Positions 1-11,369 of a DNA stretch of 31,829 nucleotides are shown here, in pieces (the stretch's first letter is position 1; every line of letters starts with the position of its first letter). The notes under the pieces are model-generated. The model saw only the letters and a program-made list of their open reading frames with translations, did not search any database and was not told the DNA's origin. This DNA is from Octopus sinensis (taxonomy: Eukaryota): the NCBI RefSeq assembly GCF_006345805.1, contig NW_021832172.1:1-31829 (forward strand), read 5' to 3'. Both the position numbers and the translations under genes were made by a program.

Positions 1-503
1 GTGTGGTGTGTATGTATGAATGCATGACTACAGGCATGTACATGTGTGCATGTGTGTTGTCGTGCATTTGTGCACGTGTATATATGTGTGCATGAGTATG
101 CGTGTGCATATATTTATATATGTGTGTATGTGGTGTATATTAAACTGAAATATTTCAAAATTCAGATGATTTATGGGGGACATCACTTCATTGTAATTAA
201 GACGAGAGAGTCTGCGGCACTTTGTTTTGGGGGGGGGGTATATAAAAAAGATCAATAGTCTATATGCTTACACATATATACCTCCATATATAATACATAT
301 GATATATATATGTGTGTGTGTACATACATATATAAACATATATACACACGTGTTGATATGCATTTATATATATGCCTATGTATATATGTTAATATGTATC
401 ATATCTTTGTAGGTATATATATAAAATATATATACACATACATATATAACAAGCATATACAAACACACACACACACACACACAAATATACACACACACAC
501 ACA
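1..503. repeat. Degenerate (TG)/(TA)/(CA) microsatellite region
   Basis: Alternating purine-pyrimidine runs. Confidence 0.9.
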
Positions 504-782
504 GAGGCTCGTACATGTAACAATATTCGATAATACAAGTTTTAGAACAGAAAATAGCTGTTCAGAATTTCCAATTATTATTAAAAAGAAAGAAGGGAAA
601 GAGAGAGAGAATGAGTTAGGTAAGGAAGAAGAGGGAAAGAAAAAAACATGATTTATGAATAAATAAATAAATAAATAAATATGTTAAGCATATTAATATC
701 TTTTAATCTGTTTTTTGATGTTGACATCAAATATATTGGAGTTGCTAGGTGTCTTTCATGATGTTAGAAAGCTACTTTGTGT

Positions 783-1551
783 GGAGAGAGAGAGACAGAC
801 AGACAGACAGAAGCGGGAGAGAGAGAGAAATAAGAGAGGGAGAGAGAGAAAGAGAGAGAGAGAGACAGACAGAAGCAAGAGAGATAAGAGAGGGAGAGAG
901 AGAGAGAGAGAGAGGGGTGGAGAGAGAGAGGAAGGAGAAAGGGAGGAAGGAGAGATGGAGGAAGGAGAAAGGGAGGAAGAAGAGTGAGGAAGGGGAGTGA
1001 GAGGGAGAAGAGAGAGAGGGAAAAGAGAGAGGGAGAAGAGAGGGGGAGAGAAGAGAGGGGAAGAGAGAGAAGAGAGAGGGGGGAGAGAGAGAGAGAGGGA
1101 GATAGGAAGAGAGAGGGGAAAGAGAGATGATGAAGAGAGAGAGGAAAAAGAGGAAGAGAGAGAGGAAGGAGAGAGAAGGAGAGAGAGAAAATAGAGAAGG
1201 GAGGAGAGAGAGGGGAAGAAAAAGGGAGAGAGAGAGAAGGAGGGAGGGAGAGAGAGAGGAAGAAAGAGAGAGGTGGAAGAGGGACAGGTAGATAAGGAGA
1301 GAGATTTAAAGGTACAGAAAGGTAGAGAGAGAGAGAGAAGGGGAGAGATGAGCAGAGAAAGACTGGCAGAGAGATAGAGAGGTACAGAAAGGGAGGGAGA
1401 GATAGAGAGAAGGGTACAGAAAGGGAGGGACAAATTGTGAGAGAAAGAGACAGGCAGACAGACATGGGCAGAGAAACAGACAGAGAGGTAAGAAGGGAAG
1501 AGAGAGACAGAGTGATAGGCAGAGACAAAGAGACAAGTGAGAGAAAGAAAC

Positions 1552-1588
<37 letters not shown>

Positions 1589-2000
1589 TGAGAGAGAGCA
1601 ACAAGGGTAGAGAAATAGAGATAGAGATGCAGAGAGAAAAAGAAACAGAGAGACAGACAGAAAGGAAGAGAGAGAAGCAGAAAGACATGAGAGTTAGAAA
1701 GTGAGACACAATGACAGAGAGTGAGAGAGAGCAGGGAGAAGGAGAGAGAGAAGAAAGGGAAAGGGAGAGAGAGAAAGGGAAAAGGAGAGAAGGGAAGGGA
1801 GAGAGAAGGGAAGGGAGAGAGAAGGGAAGGGAGAGAGAAAGGAAGAGAGAGAGAAGGAAAGGGAGAGAGAAGGAAAAGGAAGAGAGGGAGACAAGAGAGG
1901 GAGGGAGACAAGAGAGGAAGGAAGAAAGAGAGAGAGAGAGCCAGAGCCATAAAGAGAGACATAGAGAGAGAGAGAGAAGGGGAAAAGCGAGAGAGATAGA
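783..2000 (+). repeat. About 1.2-kb (GA)-rich polypurine low-complexity tract
   Basis: Almost only G and A on the + strand; source of the E/R/G/K and S/L/F/P pseudo-ORFs. Confidence 0.97.
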
Positions 2001-2443
2001 GTGGTGTGTAGTGTGTGTGTATGCGTTTGATGTTTGTGAATGAATGTGTGTGTGTGTGTGTGTGTGTATGTGTGTGTGTGTGCGTGTGTATGTATTAAGT
2101 ACTACAGAGGACATGTTTTTGTAAAAAGTAGTGACGTGTAAAAGTTAATTTATTTCTAAATAGATTCATAGAGAACATTAAACCACAAATTATATATGTA
2201 TGTGCATGTTTATATAGATATATGTATATGCATATAAGTATGTGTGTGTGTACATACATAGATGTATACAGATGCATATGTGCATACTTATACACATATA
2301 TATCAGTGTATATTGATATACATGTATATATTTATACGCAGATATATAGCTATATATATATATGGATATACATATACATATTTATACACACACGTTTGTA
2401 GGTGTATATAGCTATATATGTATATATAAAATTTGTATGTGTG

Positions 2444-2480
<37 letters not shown>
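2000..2480. repeat. (TG)n / (TA)n microsatellite region
   Basis: Direct inspection. Confidence 0.9.
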
Positions 2481-2482
<2 letters not shown>

Positions 2483-2540
2483 CCACGATAGATCGTTAGC
2501 TGTACACGCATTTTTTTCTCTCCTTGTTTTTTTCTGTGTA

Positions 2541-2578
2541 TCTTTCTGTCAAAGAGCGTAGGCTCGAAATGTAAAAGA
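2541..2578 (+). ncRNA. Atypical minimal hammerhead-like motif
   Basis: TCTTT-CTGTCAA-A-GAGC-GTAG-GCTC-GAAA-T-GTA-AAAGA: 5-bp stem I and 4-bp stem II; core non-canonical. Confidence 0.5.
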
Positions 2579-2987
2579 CTTGTTCTATTTCTATTCCTGA
2601 GTGCCATACTAATACAATTGCTTGTTTGTACTCCACCTGCCTTCGTCTTATGTTTATTTTCATAAACCTTCCCGTTATATATAAGATACATATATAGGGT
2701 AGCGAATATTCGTTATAAATATCACTACCAGTGGTCTAACATGTATAAGTAGTCAATAGACAACATATTCATATTTTAAAAAAGTGTACATTTAAACACT
2801 TTTAAAATATGCATATATATATATATATTATATATATAAACACTAAACCTTCATATTGGTCAGAAGGGATACACATCCAGCTTTTGTACATCCATTAATG
2901 TTATATCACCCGAATCCATGAAGATGATCTATCTGATGTCCAAGGACACTACAGACTCCACTATAATTATCCCAGAAATATGGACTA

Positions 2988-3028
2988 TGATCTTAAGAGA
3001 CATGTGATTTGTGGAAACGCGTGTAGCA
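2988..3028 (+). ncRNA. Degenerate minimal hammerhead-like motif
   Basis: CTTAAGA(2992-2998)-GACA-TGTGATT-TGTG-GAAAC-GCGT-GTA. One core mismatch and a weak stem I. Confidence 0.45.
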
Positions 3029-3080
3029 ATGCATTAAACATTTATAAATTCCATCCTAGGATTATTGTTATAAACATACA

Positions 3081-3350
3081 TTCTTTTATTTGTTTCAGTC
3101 ATTTGACTGTGGCCATGCTGGAGCACCACCTTTAGTCGAGTAAATCGACTTGTAAGCCTAGTACTTATTCTATCGGTCTCTCTTGCCAAACCGCTAAGTG
3201 ATGGGGATGTAAACACACCAGCATCGGTTGTCAAGCAATGTTGGGGGGATAGGCACAGACGCACAAACATGTACACACACACATACACATATATATATAT
3301 ATACATACATATATACATATATACGACGGGCTTCTTTCAGTTTCTGTCTA
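3081..3350 (-). mobile_element. SINE family A, 3' two-thirds
   Basis: Reverse complement of the 20188 copy (TTGTTTCAGTCATTTGACTGTGGCCATGCTGGAGCACC...ACGACGGGCTTCTTTCAGTTT). Confidence 0.88.
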
Positions 3351-3414
3351 GTTTAGGAATTGAAACCACAGTCTCGCAATCGAAACTGCAACACCCAAAC
3401 CGCTATAATGGATT

Positions 3415-3772
3415 CTCCCATTGAAGCAGAAGTAGTGGGGGAGCATCATAGCCATGTGCTGAGAGGGATTCTTTGGGGTTTGGATAATTCTCCTCTGGAA
3501 ACATGTATGTTTCATTCAACATCCTTAAACAATCCTTATTTAGGGACCTTTTGAGCAGGATGGGTTACTCGACCAGAAGAAAATTCTAACTGGGCCCCAC
3601 CTGCAAGGTCATGTGCTGTTTATCTTGATATGAGATCACCATGTTGTGCACATATGGTTGTGATGCATGTGCCTGGTGTACCCTTATCAGATGGGTAGTC
3701 ATGATGGGTATATTGGGCTTCGTATATTTGTACCCCAGTGTCACTTTGATGGCATGCACTGCTCTCTCACTC

Positions 3773-3823
<51 letters not shown>

Positions 3824-3830
3824 GATGATG
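3415..3830 (+). mobile_element. Family F: non-coding retroposon 3' end with (AAT)n tail
   Basis: 3479-3810 is collinear with 6248-6573; both end GCTCTCTCACTC(AAT)n. Confidence 0.8.
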
Positions 3831-3847
3831 GATAACAGAAGTTTAGA

Positions 3848-4140
3848 ATGGTGAGCTGGCAGAAACGTTACCACACCGGGCGAAATGCGTAGCCGTATTT
3901 CGCCTGTCGTTACGTTCCGAGTTCAAATTCCGCCGAGGTAAACTTTGCCTTTCATCCTTTCGGGGTCGATAAATTAAGTACCAGTTACGCACTGGGGTCG
4001 ATGTAATCGACTTAATCCCCTTTGTGTGTCCTTGTTTGTTCCCTCTGTGTTTAGCCCCTTGTGGGCAATAAAGAAATATATCCTTGTTTGTCCCCTCTAT
4101 CCCTCTATGTTTAGCCCCTTGTGGTTAGTAAAGAAATATA
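3848..4140 (+). mobile_element. SINE family B with duplicated 3' end
   Basis: GAGCTGGCAGAAACGTTA (A-box-like), GAGTTCAAATTCC (B-box) and central CCTTTCATCCTTTCGGGGTCGATAAATTAAGTACCAG. The last about 60 bp repeat at 4080-4140. Confidence 0.88.
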
Positions 4141-4384
4141 TAATATTGATTATTTTTTTCCCTGACTTTCTTCATTTTAAGAACTTAATTTCTACATTTT
4201 GCTTTGCAAGATTCATCATTTTCTGAAGGCCCCAGTTTCTGATTCATTAACAAAAATAGAGAAATAAATAAAACAAAAAAAAAATGATGAGTAAAGAATA
4301 ACAATCGTCAATTTTACAAATAATTTGAATTAAAAGAGATATAATTGGTGACAATTAATATGAACCACATTCCCTGAATGTATA

Positions 4385-5047
4385 TTCTTTTATTCTCTTA
4401 TTCTTTCACTTGTTTCAATCATTTGACTGCAGCCATGCTGGAGCACTGCTTCAAAGGGTTTCAGTTGACCCCAGGATTTATTCTTTGTAAGCCTGGTACT
4501 TACTCTGTCAGTCTCTTTTGCCAAACTTTTAAGTTATGGGGATATAAACACAACAACATCAGTTGTCAAGTTATGAGTGGGAGGCACACACACACACACA
4601 CACACATATATATCTATATATATAAAACTGTAGTTGTGTGAGTGTCTGTCCCCTTCGATTTAGATTCCTAACTCCTCCCACATTTTGCGGTGCAGTTTAA
4701 CCAAATTCGGGTATCTTATAGTCGTGATTCATATCGAGCCCGTCTGGCTATTAGCGCGCGTCTACGATGAGTCTACAATTTAAAAAATAATTTAACATAA
4801 TTTTTTATTCCATTTTAGTGCATAATTTTTCGTGTGTCGATGGCGGCGGAGTTGGCGTCCATGGTCACACCTGCACCTGTTTGCTTCTCCCCCTTCTTCC
4901 CTCCCCCGTGAAGCTGTGGGGAAGGGAGTGTAAGGAAATCAACGTCGTAAAGCGTTGTCAAGGAGACCAGCCCAAGGTACCACACAGTCAGACTGAACCC
5001 AGAAGCAGGTGGTTGGGAAGTAAGCTTCTTACCACAGAGCCATGCTC
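4385..5047 (-). mobile_element. SINE family A interrupted by a Helitron-like insert
   Basis: 3' half at 4385-4612; head resumes at about 4971 (CCCAAGGTACCACACAG...CTTACCACAGAGCCA). Confidence 0.8.
4613..4970 (+). mobile_element. Non-autonomous Helitron-like element, 5' part
   Basis: Begins A|TCTATATATATAAAAC. 4625-4825 is the reverse complement of about 26000-26195. Confidence 0.7.
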
Positions 5048-5179
5048 AAGTAGATATCATATCACTGACCAGGTTATGGGATGTGGTTAAACACCACTGG
5101 CCACAGTGTGCTTCCTAGCTTTGTTATGGTTTTTGAATGATACCACCTGGCCTACTGGTCAGCAGAGCAGGCCAGCATT

Positions 5180-6185
5180 TCCTTGAACTCAGAACACAAA
5201 CACAGACGAAATGCCACTCAACATTTCGCTCAGTGTGATAATGATTCTGCCAGCTCACTGCCTTAATCATATTAATAATAATGGTTTCAAGTTTTGGCAC
5301 AAGGCCAGCAATTTCGGGGGAGGAAATGAGTTGAATACATGAACCGCAGTACTCAAATGGTACTTAAGGCGGCGAGCTGGCAGAAACATTAGCACGACGG
5401 GCAAAATGCTTAGCGGTATTTCATCTGTCACTATGTTCTGAGTTCAAATTCCGCCGAGGACGACTTTGCCTTTCATCCTTTCGGAGTCGATTAAATAAGT
5501 ACCAGTTACGCACTGGAGCCGATATAATCGACTTAATACCTATGTCTGTCCTTGTTTGTCCCCTCTGTGTGTAATAAAGAAATAGGTACTTAAGGGATGA
5601 AAGGCAAAGTGAACTTTGGTGGAATTTGAACTCAGAACATAAAGACAGACGAAATGCTGCTAAGCATTTTGCCCAGCATGTTAATGGTTCAGCCGGCTCA
5701 CTGCCCTAGTAATAACAATAATAATAATAATAATAATAATCTTTTCTACTGGAGGTACAAGGCCTGAAATTTGTGGGGAGGGGACTAGTCAGTTACATCA
5801 ACCCCAGTGATTCACTGGTACTTAATTTATCAACCCAGAAAGGATGAAAGGCAAAGTCGACCTCGGTGGAATTTGAACTCAGAACGTAGCAACAGGTGGA
5901 ATACCACTAAGCATTTCACCCCAGCGTGCTAGCAATTCTGCCAGCTCACCACCTTAATAATATTAACAACAAAATTTCAGCCAAGGCCGACATTGCCTTC
6001 CATCTTTTTGGGGTCAATAAATTAAGTACCAGTTGTGTACTGGGGTTCATCTAATCAACTGGCCCTCCTCCCCAAAAATTTTGGGCCTTGTACCTAGAGT
6101 AGAAAAGAATATTAATAATAATGATTTTAAATTTTGGCACAAGGCCAGAAATTTCGGGGGAGGGGATAAGTTGAATACATGGATC
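5180..6185. mobile_element. Cluster of family B SINE pieces in mixed orientation
   Basis: 5180-5245(-), 5283-5706(-), 5740-5954(-), 5977-6110(+) and 6127-6185(-). A variant 3' end (AAATTTCAGGCCTTGTRCC...TAGAAAAG(ATT)n) is present. Confidence 0.8.
5368..5584 (+). mobile_element. SINE family B inserted antisense into another B-type copy (5283-5706, minus strand)
   Basis: 9-bp TSD GGTACTTAA at 5359-5367 and 5585-5593. Confidence 0.9.
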
Positions 6186-6247
6186 CTTATTTAATGATTA
6201 ACGCCAATCCTTAAATATTAATATTAATAATAATGATAATAATAATA

Positions 6248-6540
6248 ATTTGAATAATTCACCTCTGGAAACATAGGTGTTTCGTTCAACATCCTTAAGC
6301 AACCCTTATTCAGGGACCTTTTGAGCGGGATGGGTTACTCGACCAGAAGAAAATTCTATCTGGGCCCACCTGCAAGGTTATGTGCTGTTTATCTTAATAT
6401 GAGATCACCATGTCACACACATATGGTTGTGATGCATGTGCCTAGTGTATCCTTCTCAAACAGGTAGTCATGATGGGTATACTGGGCTTCCAATATTCTA
6501 CCCCAGTGTCACTTTGATGGCATGCGCTGCTCTCTCACTC

Positions 6541-6573
<33 letters not shown>
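6248..6573 (+). mobile_element. Family F, 5'-truncated, between (AAT)n tracts
   Basis: Direct repeat of 3479-3810; its (AAT)11 tail abuts the R4 element. Confidence 0.8.
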
Positions 6574-6574
<1 letters not shown>

Positions 6575-8297
6575 TAGATGGCTTAAAACTTTATGGTAAA
6601 GACAATAATGAACTTGAAGGCATATTGCGCACCGTGAAAGCATTCAGCGATGACATCGGGATGGAGTTTGGACTTGAGAAGTGTGCCAAGGCCACTTTCC
6701 AGAAAGGGAAAGTGAAGACCACAAATTCAGTCGTGTTAGATGTTGACACAGTCATAAGAGAGCTTGAGCAAGAACAGACATACAAATATTTAGGGATAAA
6801 TGAAGGCTCTGGTATTCAGCATGCAAGCATGAAAGAGAAAATCAGGAAGGAATGTTATAGGAGAGTTCGTGCAGTCCTGAAATCTGAACTAAATGCACGT
6901 AACAAGTGTTAGCTATAATTCTTAGCAGTTCCAGTTGTTACTTATAGCTACAATGTGTTGAACTGGAATATGAGTGAAGTAAGAATATAGATAGAAAAAT
7001 ACGCAAGCTGCTGAGTTGTAATAGGATGCACCACCCAAAGGCAGACGTAGATCGCCTTTACCTTCCCAGAGCCCAAGGAGGTCGAGGCCTGATCCAATTT
7101 GAACTAGCTTACAAAACAACCACAATTGGACTGGCCAAATATCTCGAAATATCGAATGACTGGATGCTAAAGCTCGTGGAAAATCACGAGAGAACGAAAA
7201 GCCTCATCTATTCTATCATCAAGGAAAGCAAAAATTTGCTATTGATCTCGTGCAGGATACCCAAACTGAACAACCCGAGGGAAGTACGGCAACTATTGTT
7301 GCAAAGAAGGTGAAAATGATGGCAATGAAAAAAGCGCACGAGCAATTGGCTGATAGGTGGGAGGAGAACCTCTCTGCACGGCAAATATGTGACCCGCAGC
7401 AAACAAGCTGATGTTGACCAGAAGCAAACCCATCAGTGGCTGCGGAGCTCAGGGCTAAAAGCAGAGAGCGAAGGTTTCATCCTGGCTGCTCAAGACCAAA
7501 GCCTATTAACCCGGAACTACCAGGCCAATGTGATGAAAAATGGAGCAGACCCAAAATGCCGATTCTGCAACGACATGATTGAAACAGTGGACCACCTAAT
7601 CTCTGGATGTAAAGTTTTAGCACCAGTGGAGTATAAATTAAGACATGACAGAGTTGGCCAATATCTCCACTGGCTAATAAGTCGGCATTACAATATCAAA
7701 ACTGCCGACAAGTGGTATAATCACCACCCTGAGGCTGTAACTGAAGGAGAAAATGTAACCATTCTGTGGGACTTTCCAGTACATACAGACCGAACCATCA
7801 AGGCCAATAAACCAGATATTGTTGTGAAAGACCAAAACAATAAGTTTGCTTATTGATCGACATGAGCATTCCCTGTGATCATAATATCTCAGCGAAAGAG
7901 TTTGACAAGCTCAGAAAAATATAAGACCTACTCATTGAAATTGAGAAAATGTGGCATCTCAAGGCGGTTACAATACCAGTGATCGTAGGAGCACTAGAAC
8001 GATCAAGAAGGGAACCGAAAATTATATGAGAATGATCCCTGGCTTACCATCCCTGCAAGAAGTGCAAAAGATTGTCTTAACTGGTACATCACACGTATTG
8101 AGAAGAGCATTGTCGATGTGAGAACTGTTGCTGCTCATGTATTTTAATTTAACTTTAAAAAAAAAAAAAAAAAAAAAAAAGACGAACTACTGAGTTTGGT
8201 TAATGGCCTACCAATATACACTATGAGTTTCTTTGCCCTAGAGTCGGGAAGACACTCGGCAAGAAATGGAAGAAAATTTGAAAGAAGAAAAAAAAAG
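6574..8297 (+). mobile_element. 5'-truncated R4/Dong-clade non-LTR retrotransposon (RT C-terminus + CCHC zinc finger + restriction-like endonuclease), frameshifted
   Basis: Starts at IDGLKLYG (YMDDLKLY-like). Then GMEFGLEKCAK, YKYLGI, HHPKADVDRLYLPRAQGGRGL, ESEGFILAAQDQSLLTRNY, CRFC-x8-H-x4-C (7557-7610), RHD (7641-7649), KPDIVV (from 7809) and IDMSIP, ending LRRALSM* at 8119-8121. A short 3' UTR follows; (AAT)n lies on both flanks (6541-6573, 8298-8320). Confidence 0.93.
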
Positions 8298-8847
8298 TAA
8301 TAATAATAATAATAATAATATATTGACAACAACAATCATTAAAAACCTTGCAATCCTCAAAAAAAAAACCATTAAAAGACCAAAACATATCGGAATCAAT
8401 TAAAATTTAAGATAATAGCCAATAAGTATTGAAAATATTTCCTATATCACTTTGTTCTTGCTTTCATTGTTGTTGTCGTCGTCTTAGTGCACTATAAGAC
8501 AGAAATTTAGGTTACATATCCATATATCTTCCCCGGCCTCCATCATGGATATTTCCTTCCTTCCTTCCTTATTTCTTTCTTTGCTTAGCTCATTTCTTTT
8601 CTTTCTTTCTTTCTTTATTTCTTTCCTTTCATTCTAATCTGCTGTTGTTCTCATTTATTGCTCAAAGCATTCTGCCGTTGCCACCGGCGCCGCCATTGTC
8701 TATGTGCCTCCCACCACGACCACCACCACCGCCGCCGCCGTCGTCACCTAGATTTGGGTTGTTTTATTCGGTGCAAACATGCAGAATAATCTAAATACAA
8801 CAACAACAACAACAATTCTAACTGATGAATGAAGGAAGCGATTATTA

Positions 8848-8856
8848 TTATATCTT

Positions 8857-8887
<31 letters not shown>

Positions 8888-9090
8888 ATATATATAAATA
8901 TATATGTATGTGTATATATACATATATATATACATATGTATATATATACATATTCTATATATCTATGATATATCTATATATATGTATATATATATATATA
9001 GTATATATAATATATGTATTATATATATATATATTGTATATATATATATATATGTATATATATATGTATTATATATATATATATGTATAT

Positions 9091-9121
<31 letters not shown>

Positions 9122-9123
9122 GT

Positions 9124-9158
<35 letters not shown>

Positions 9159-9200
9159 GTATATTATATATATGTATATAGTATATATATGTATATATGT

Positions 9201-9231
<31 letters not shown>

Positions 9232-9335
9232 ATATCTTATTATATATGTATATATGTATATATATATATGTATATATAATATATATATGTATTTATATAT
9301 TATATATTATATGTATATATTATATATATATATGT

Positions 9336-9370
<35 letters not shown>

Positions 9371-9812
9371 TATATATATTATATTATATATATATATAAT
9401 ATTATATATATCATATATTATATATATATAGATATATGTATAATATATATATATGTGTTAGATATATATATATGTGTAGATATATATATATATATACACA
9501 CATAACATGTAAACGTGTGTGTGTATATATATATACACACACATGTAAACACATGCATGTATATATATATATGTACACACATATGTAAACATGTGTATTT
9601 ATATATACATGTGCATATACATACATATATACACAGGTGTGCATATGTGTATATGTGTGTGTGTGTCTGTACACATATATGTATGTGCATACATATATAC
9701 ATACACAACAATATATAAACATATGCACACAAATATATACATTTACAAATAGATATATATGTATATATACATATATACATACATGCATGTATGTATATAT
9801 CTATGTGCATAT
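8848..9812. repeat. About 1-kb imperfect (TA)n array grading into (TA/CA/TG)
   Basis: Direct inspection; source of the Y/I/M/C pseudo-ORFs. Confidence 0.97.
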
Positions 9813-10066
9813 GCCAATCAATTAGGTAGTGAAACAACAAAACTGAAGAATTAATCGGCTTAACTGCTCTAAAACAATTCCTTTACCATCTCAACACTTT
9901 AATCACATGACTAAATCTGCTCCCCTCTCGCCTCCCTCGCCACCAACCCAGCCTAGTTTTCATAACTACATCAATAAAATGGCTAAAAGGAACAAACTCT
10001 AATAATAGGCATATTGCTTTATTGCTGATGTTATGAAACTCACACAACAAAGCTCTTTTCACACAA

Positions 10067-10470
10067 TTACTCTTTTACTTGTTTCAGTCATTTGACTGTG
10101 GCCACGCTGGAACACCACCTTTAGTTGAGCAAATCAACCCCAGGACTTATTCTTTGTTAGCCTAGTACTAATTCTATTGAGCTCTTTTGCCAAATCACTA
10201 AGTTACAGGAACGTAAAGACACCAGCATCGGTTGTCAAGCAATGCTTGGGGAACAAACACAGACACACAAACATACATACACACACACACATATATATAC
10301 ATATATACGACAGGCTTCTTTCAGTTTCCATATACCAAATCCACTCACAAGGCTTTGGTCGGTCCAAGGCTATAGTAGAAGACACTTGCCCAAGATGCCA
10401 CACAGTGGGACTGAACCTGGAACCATGTGGTTGGTAAGCAAGCTACTTACCACACAGCCACTCCTACGCC
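10067..10470 (-). mobile_element. SINE family A, full length
   Basis: Continuous reverse-complement match from tail (TTACTCTTTTACTTGTTTCAGTC) to head (CTTACCACACAGCCACTCCT). Confidence 0.9.
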
Positions 10471-10553
10471 TATGATATATAATATTATATATATATATAT
10501 TGCATATGATATAATGTGCGTGTGTGCAAGTATGTGTGTGTGTGTGTGTGTGT

Positions 10554-10840
10554 ATCATCATCATCGTTTAACGTCCGCTTTCCATGCTAGCATGGGTTGG
10601 ACGATTTCACTGAGGTCTGGTGAACCAGATGGCTGCACCAGGCTCCAATCTGATCTGGCAGAGTTTCTACAGCTGGATGCTCTTCCTAATGCCAACCACT
10701 CTGAGAGTGTAGTGGGTGCTTTCAAGCACTACTGGCACGAGGGCCAGTCAGGCGGTACTGGCAGCGACCATGCTCAAATGGTGTTTTTTACATGCCACCT
10801 GCACTGGCAACGACCTCACTTGAATGTTTTTTCACGTGCC
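10554..10840 (-). mobile_element. Interspersed repeat family C ((GAT)n-tailed retroposon)
   Basis: CATCATCATCGTTTAACGTCCGCTTTCCATGCTAGCATGGGTTGGACG...CAGCTGGATGCTCTTCCTAATGCCAACCAC; homologous to the 14864, 15310 and 20585 copies. Confidence 0.85.
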
Positions 10841-10929
10841 ATAATTTATTTTCTTTCTTTTTCTTATTGTTGTTTCAGCTCAGAGCTACGGCCATGCTGG
10901 GGCACCACTATGTTCTGCCACACTGTCGC

Positions 10930-11122
10930 CACCAAGAGCCCCCTACCAATATGTGTTACTTGGTGAAGAATGGAGTTTGATGTTGCTACGCTCACCTGCA
11001 CCTCTTGCCGATCTGAGACTCTTGACAGGAAGAGGTCCAGTTTTGATTTGAAAAATCCTACATCCACTTTGTGTAGGTACCTCAGGCTCTTTGGGAGAAT
11101 ATTAAAAAGATATATGCCCCTG
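10930..11122 (-). mobile_element. CR1/L2-group LINE ORF2 C-terminal fragment
   Basis: ORF 10864..11361(-) contains LFNILPKSLRYL...FKSKLDLFLSRV...SNSILHQ, the FNxLP...FKxxLD C-terminal signature of CR1-group LINEs. Confidence 0.75.
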
Positions 11123-11144
11123 AATATAATATAATATAATATAA

Positions 11145-11343
11145 TATGTATGTATGTGTGTGTCTGTTTGTCCACCCACCATTGCTTGACATTCAGTATT
11201 GGTGTGTTTATGTCCCCATAACCTAACGGTTCAGCAAAAGAGACCGATACAATACTAGGCTTACAAAGAATAAGTCCTGGGTTTATTTGTCTGACTAAAG
11301 GTGGTGCCCCAGTATGGCCGCAGTCAAATGACTGAAACAAATA
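11145..11343 (+). mobile_element. SINE family A, 3' half
   Basis: TTGCTTGAC...AGGCTTACAAAGAATAAGTCC...CAGTCAAATGACTGAAACAA. Confidence 0.85.
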
Positions 11344-11369
11344 AACACACACACAACACACATATATAA

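Noticed and set aside
756-2114. 452-aa S/L/F/P-rich ORF and overlapping E/R/G-rich ORFs
   Set aside because: Translation of a (GA)n/(TC)n tract, which lacks stop codons for compositional reasons.
6436-6912. 158-aa ORF with poly-Asn as a host gene
   Set aside because: Chance fusion of the family F 3' end, its (AAT)11 tail and the truncated R4 RT.
8878-9840. Multiple Y/I/M/C-rich ORFs
   Set aside because: (TA)n microsatellite read-through; the same applies at 21055-21599 and 26586-26903.
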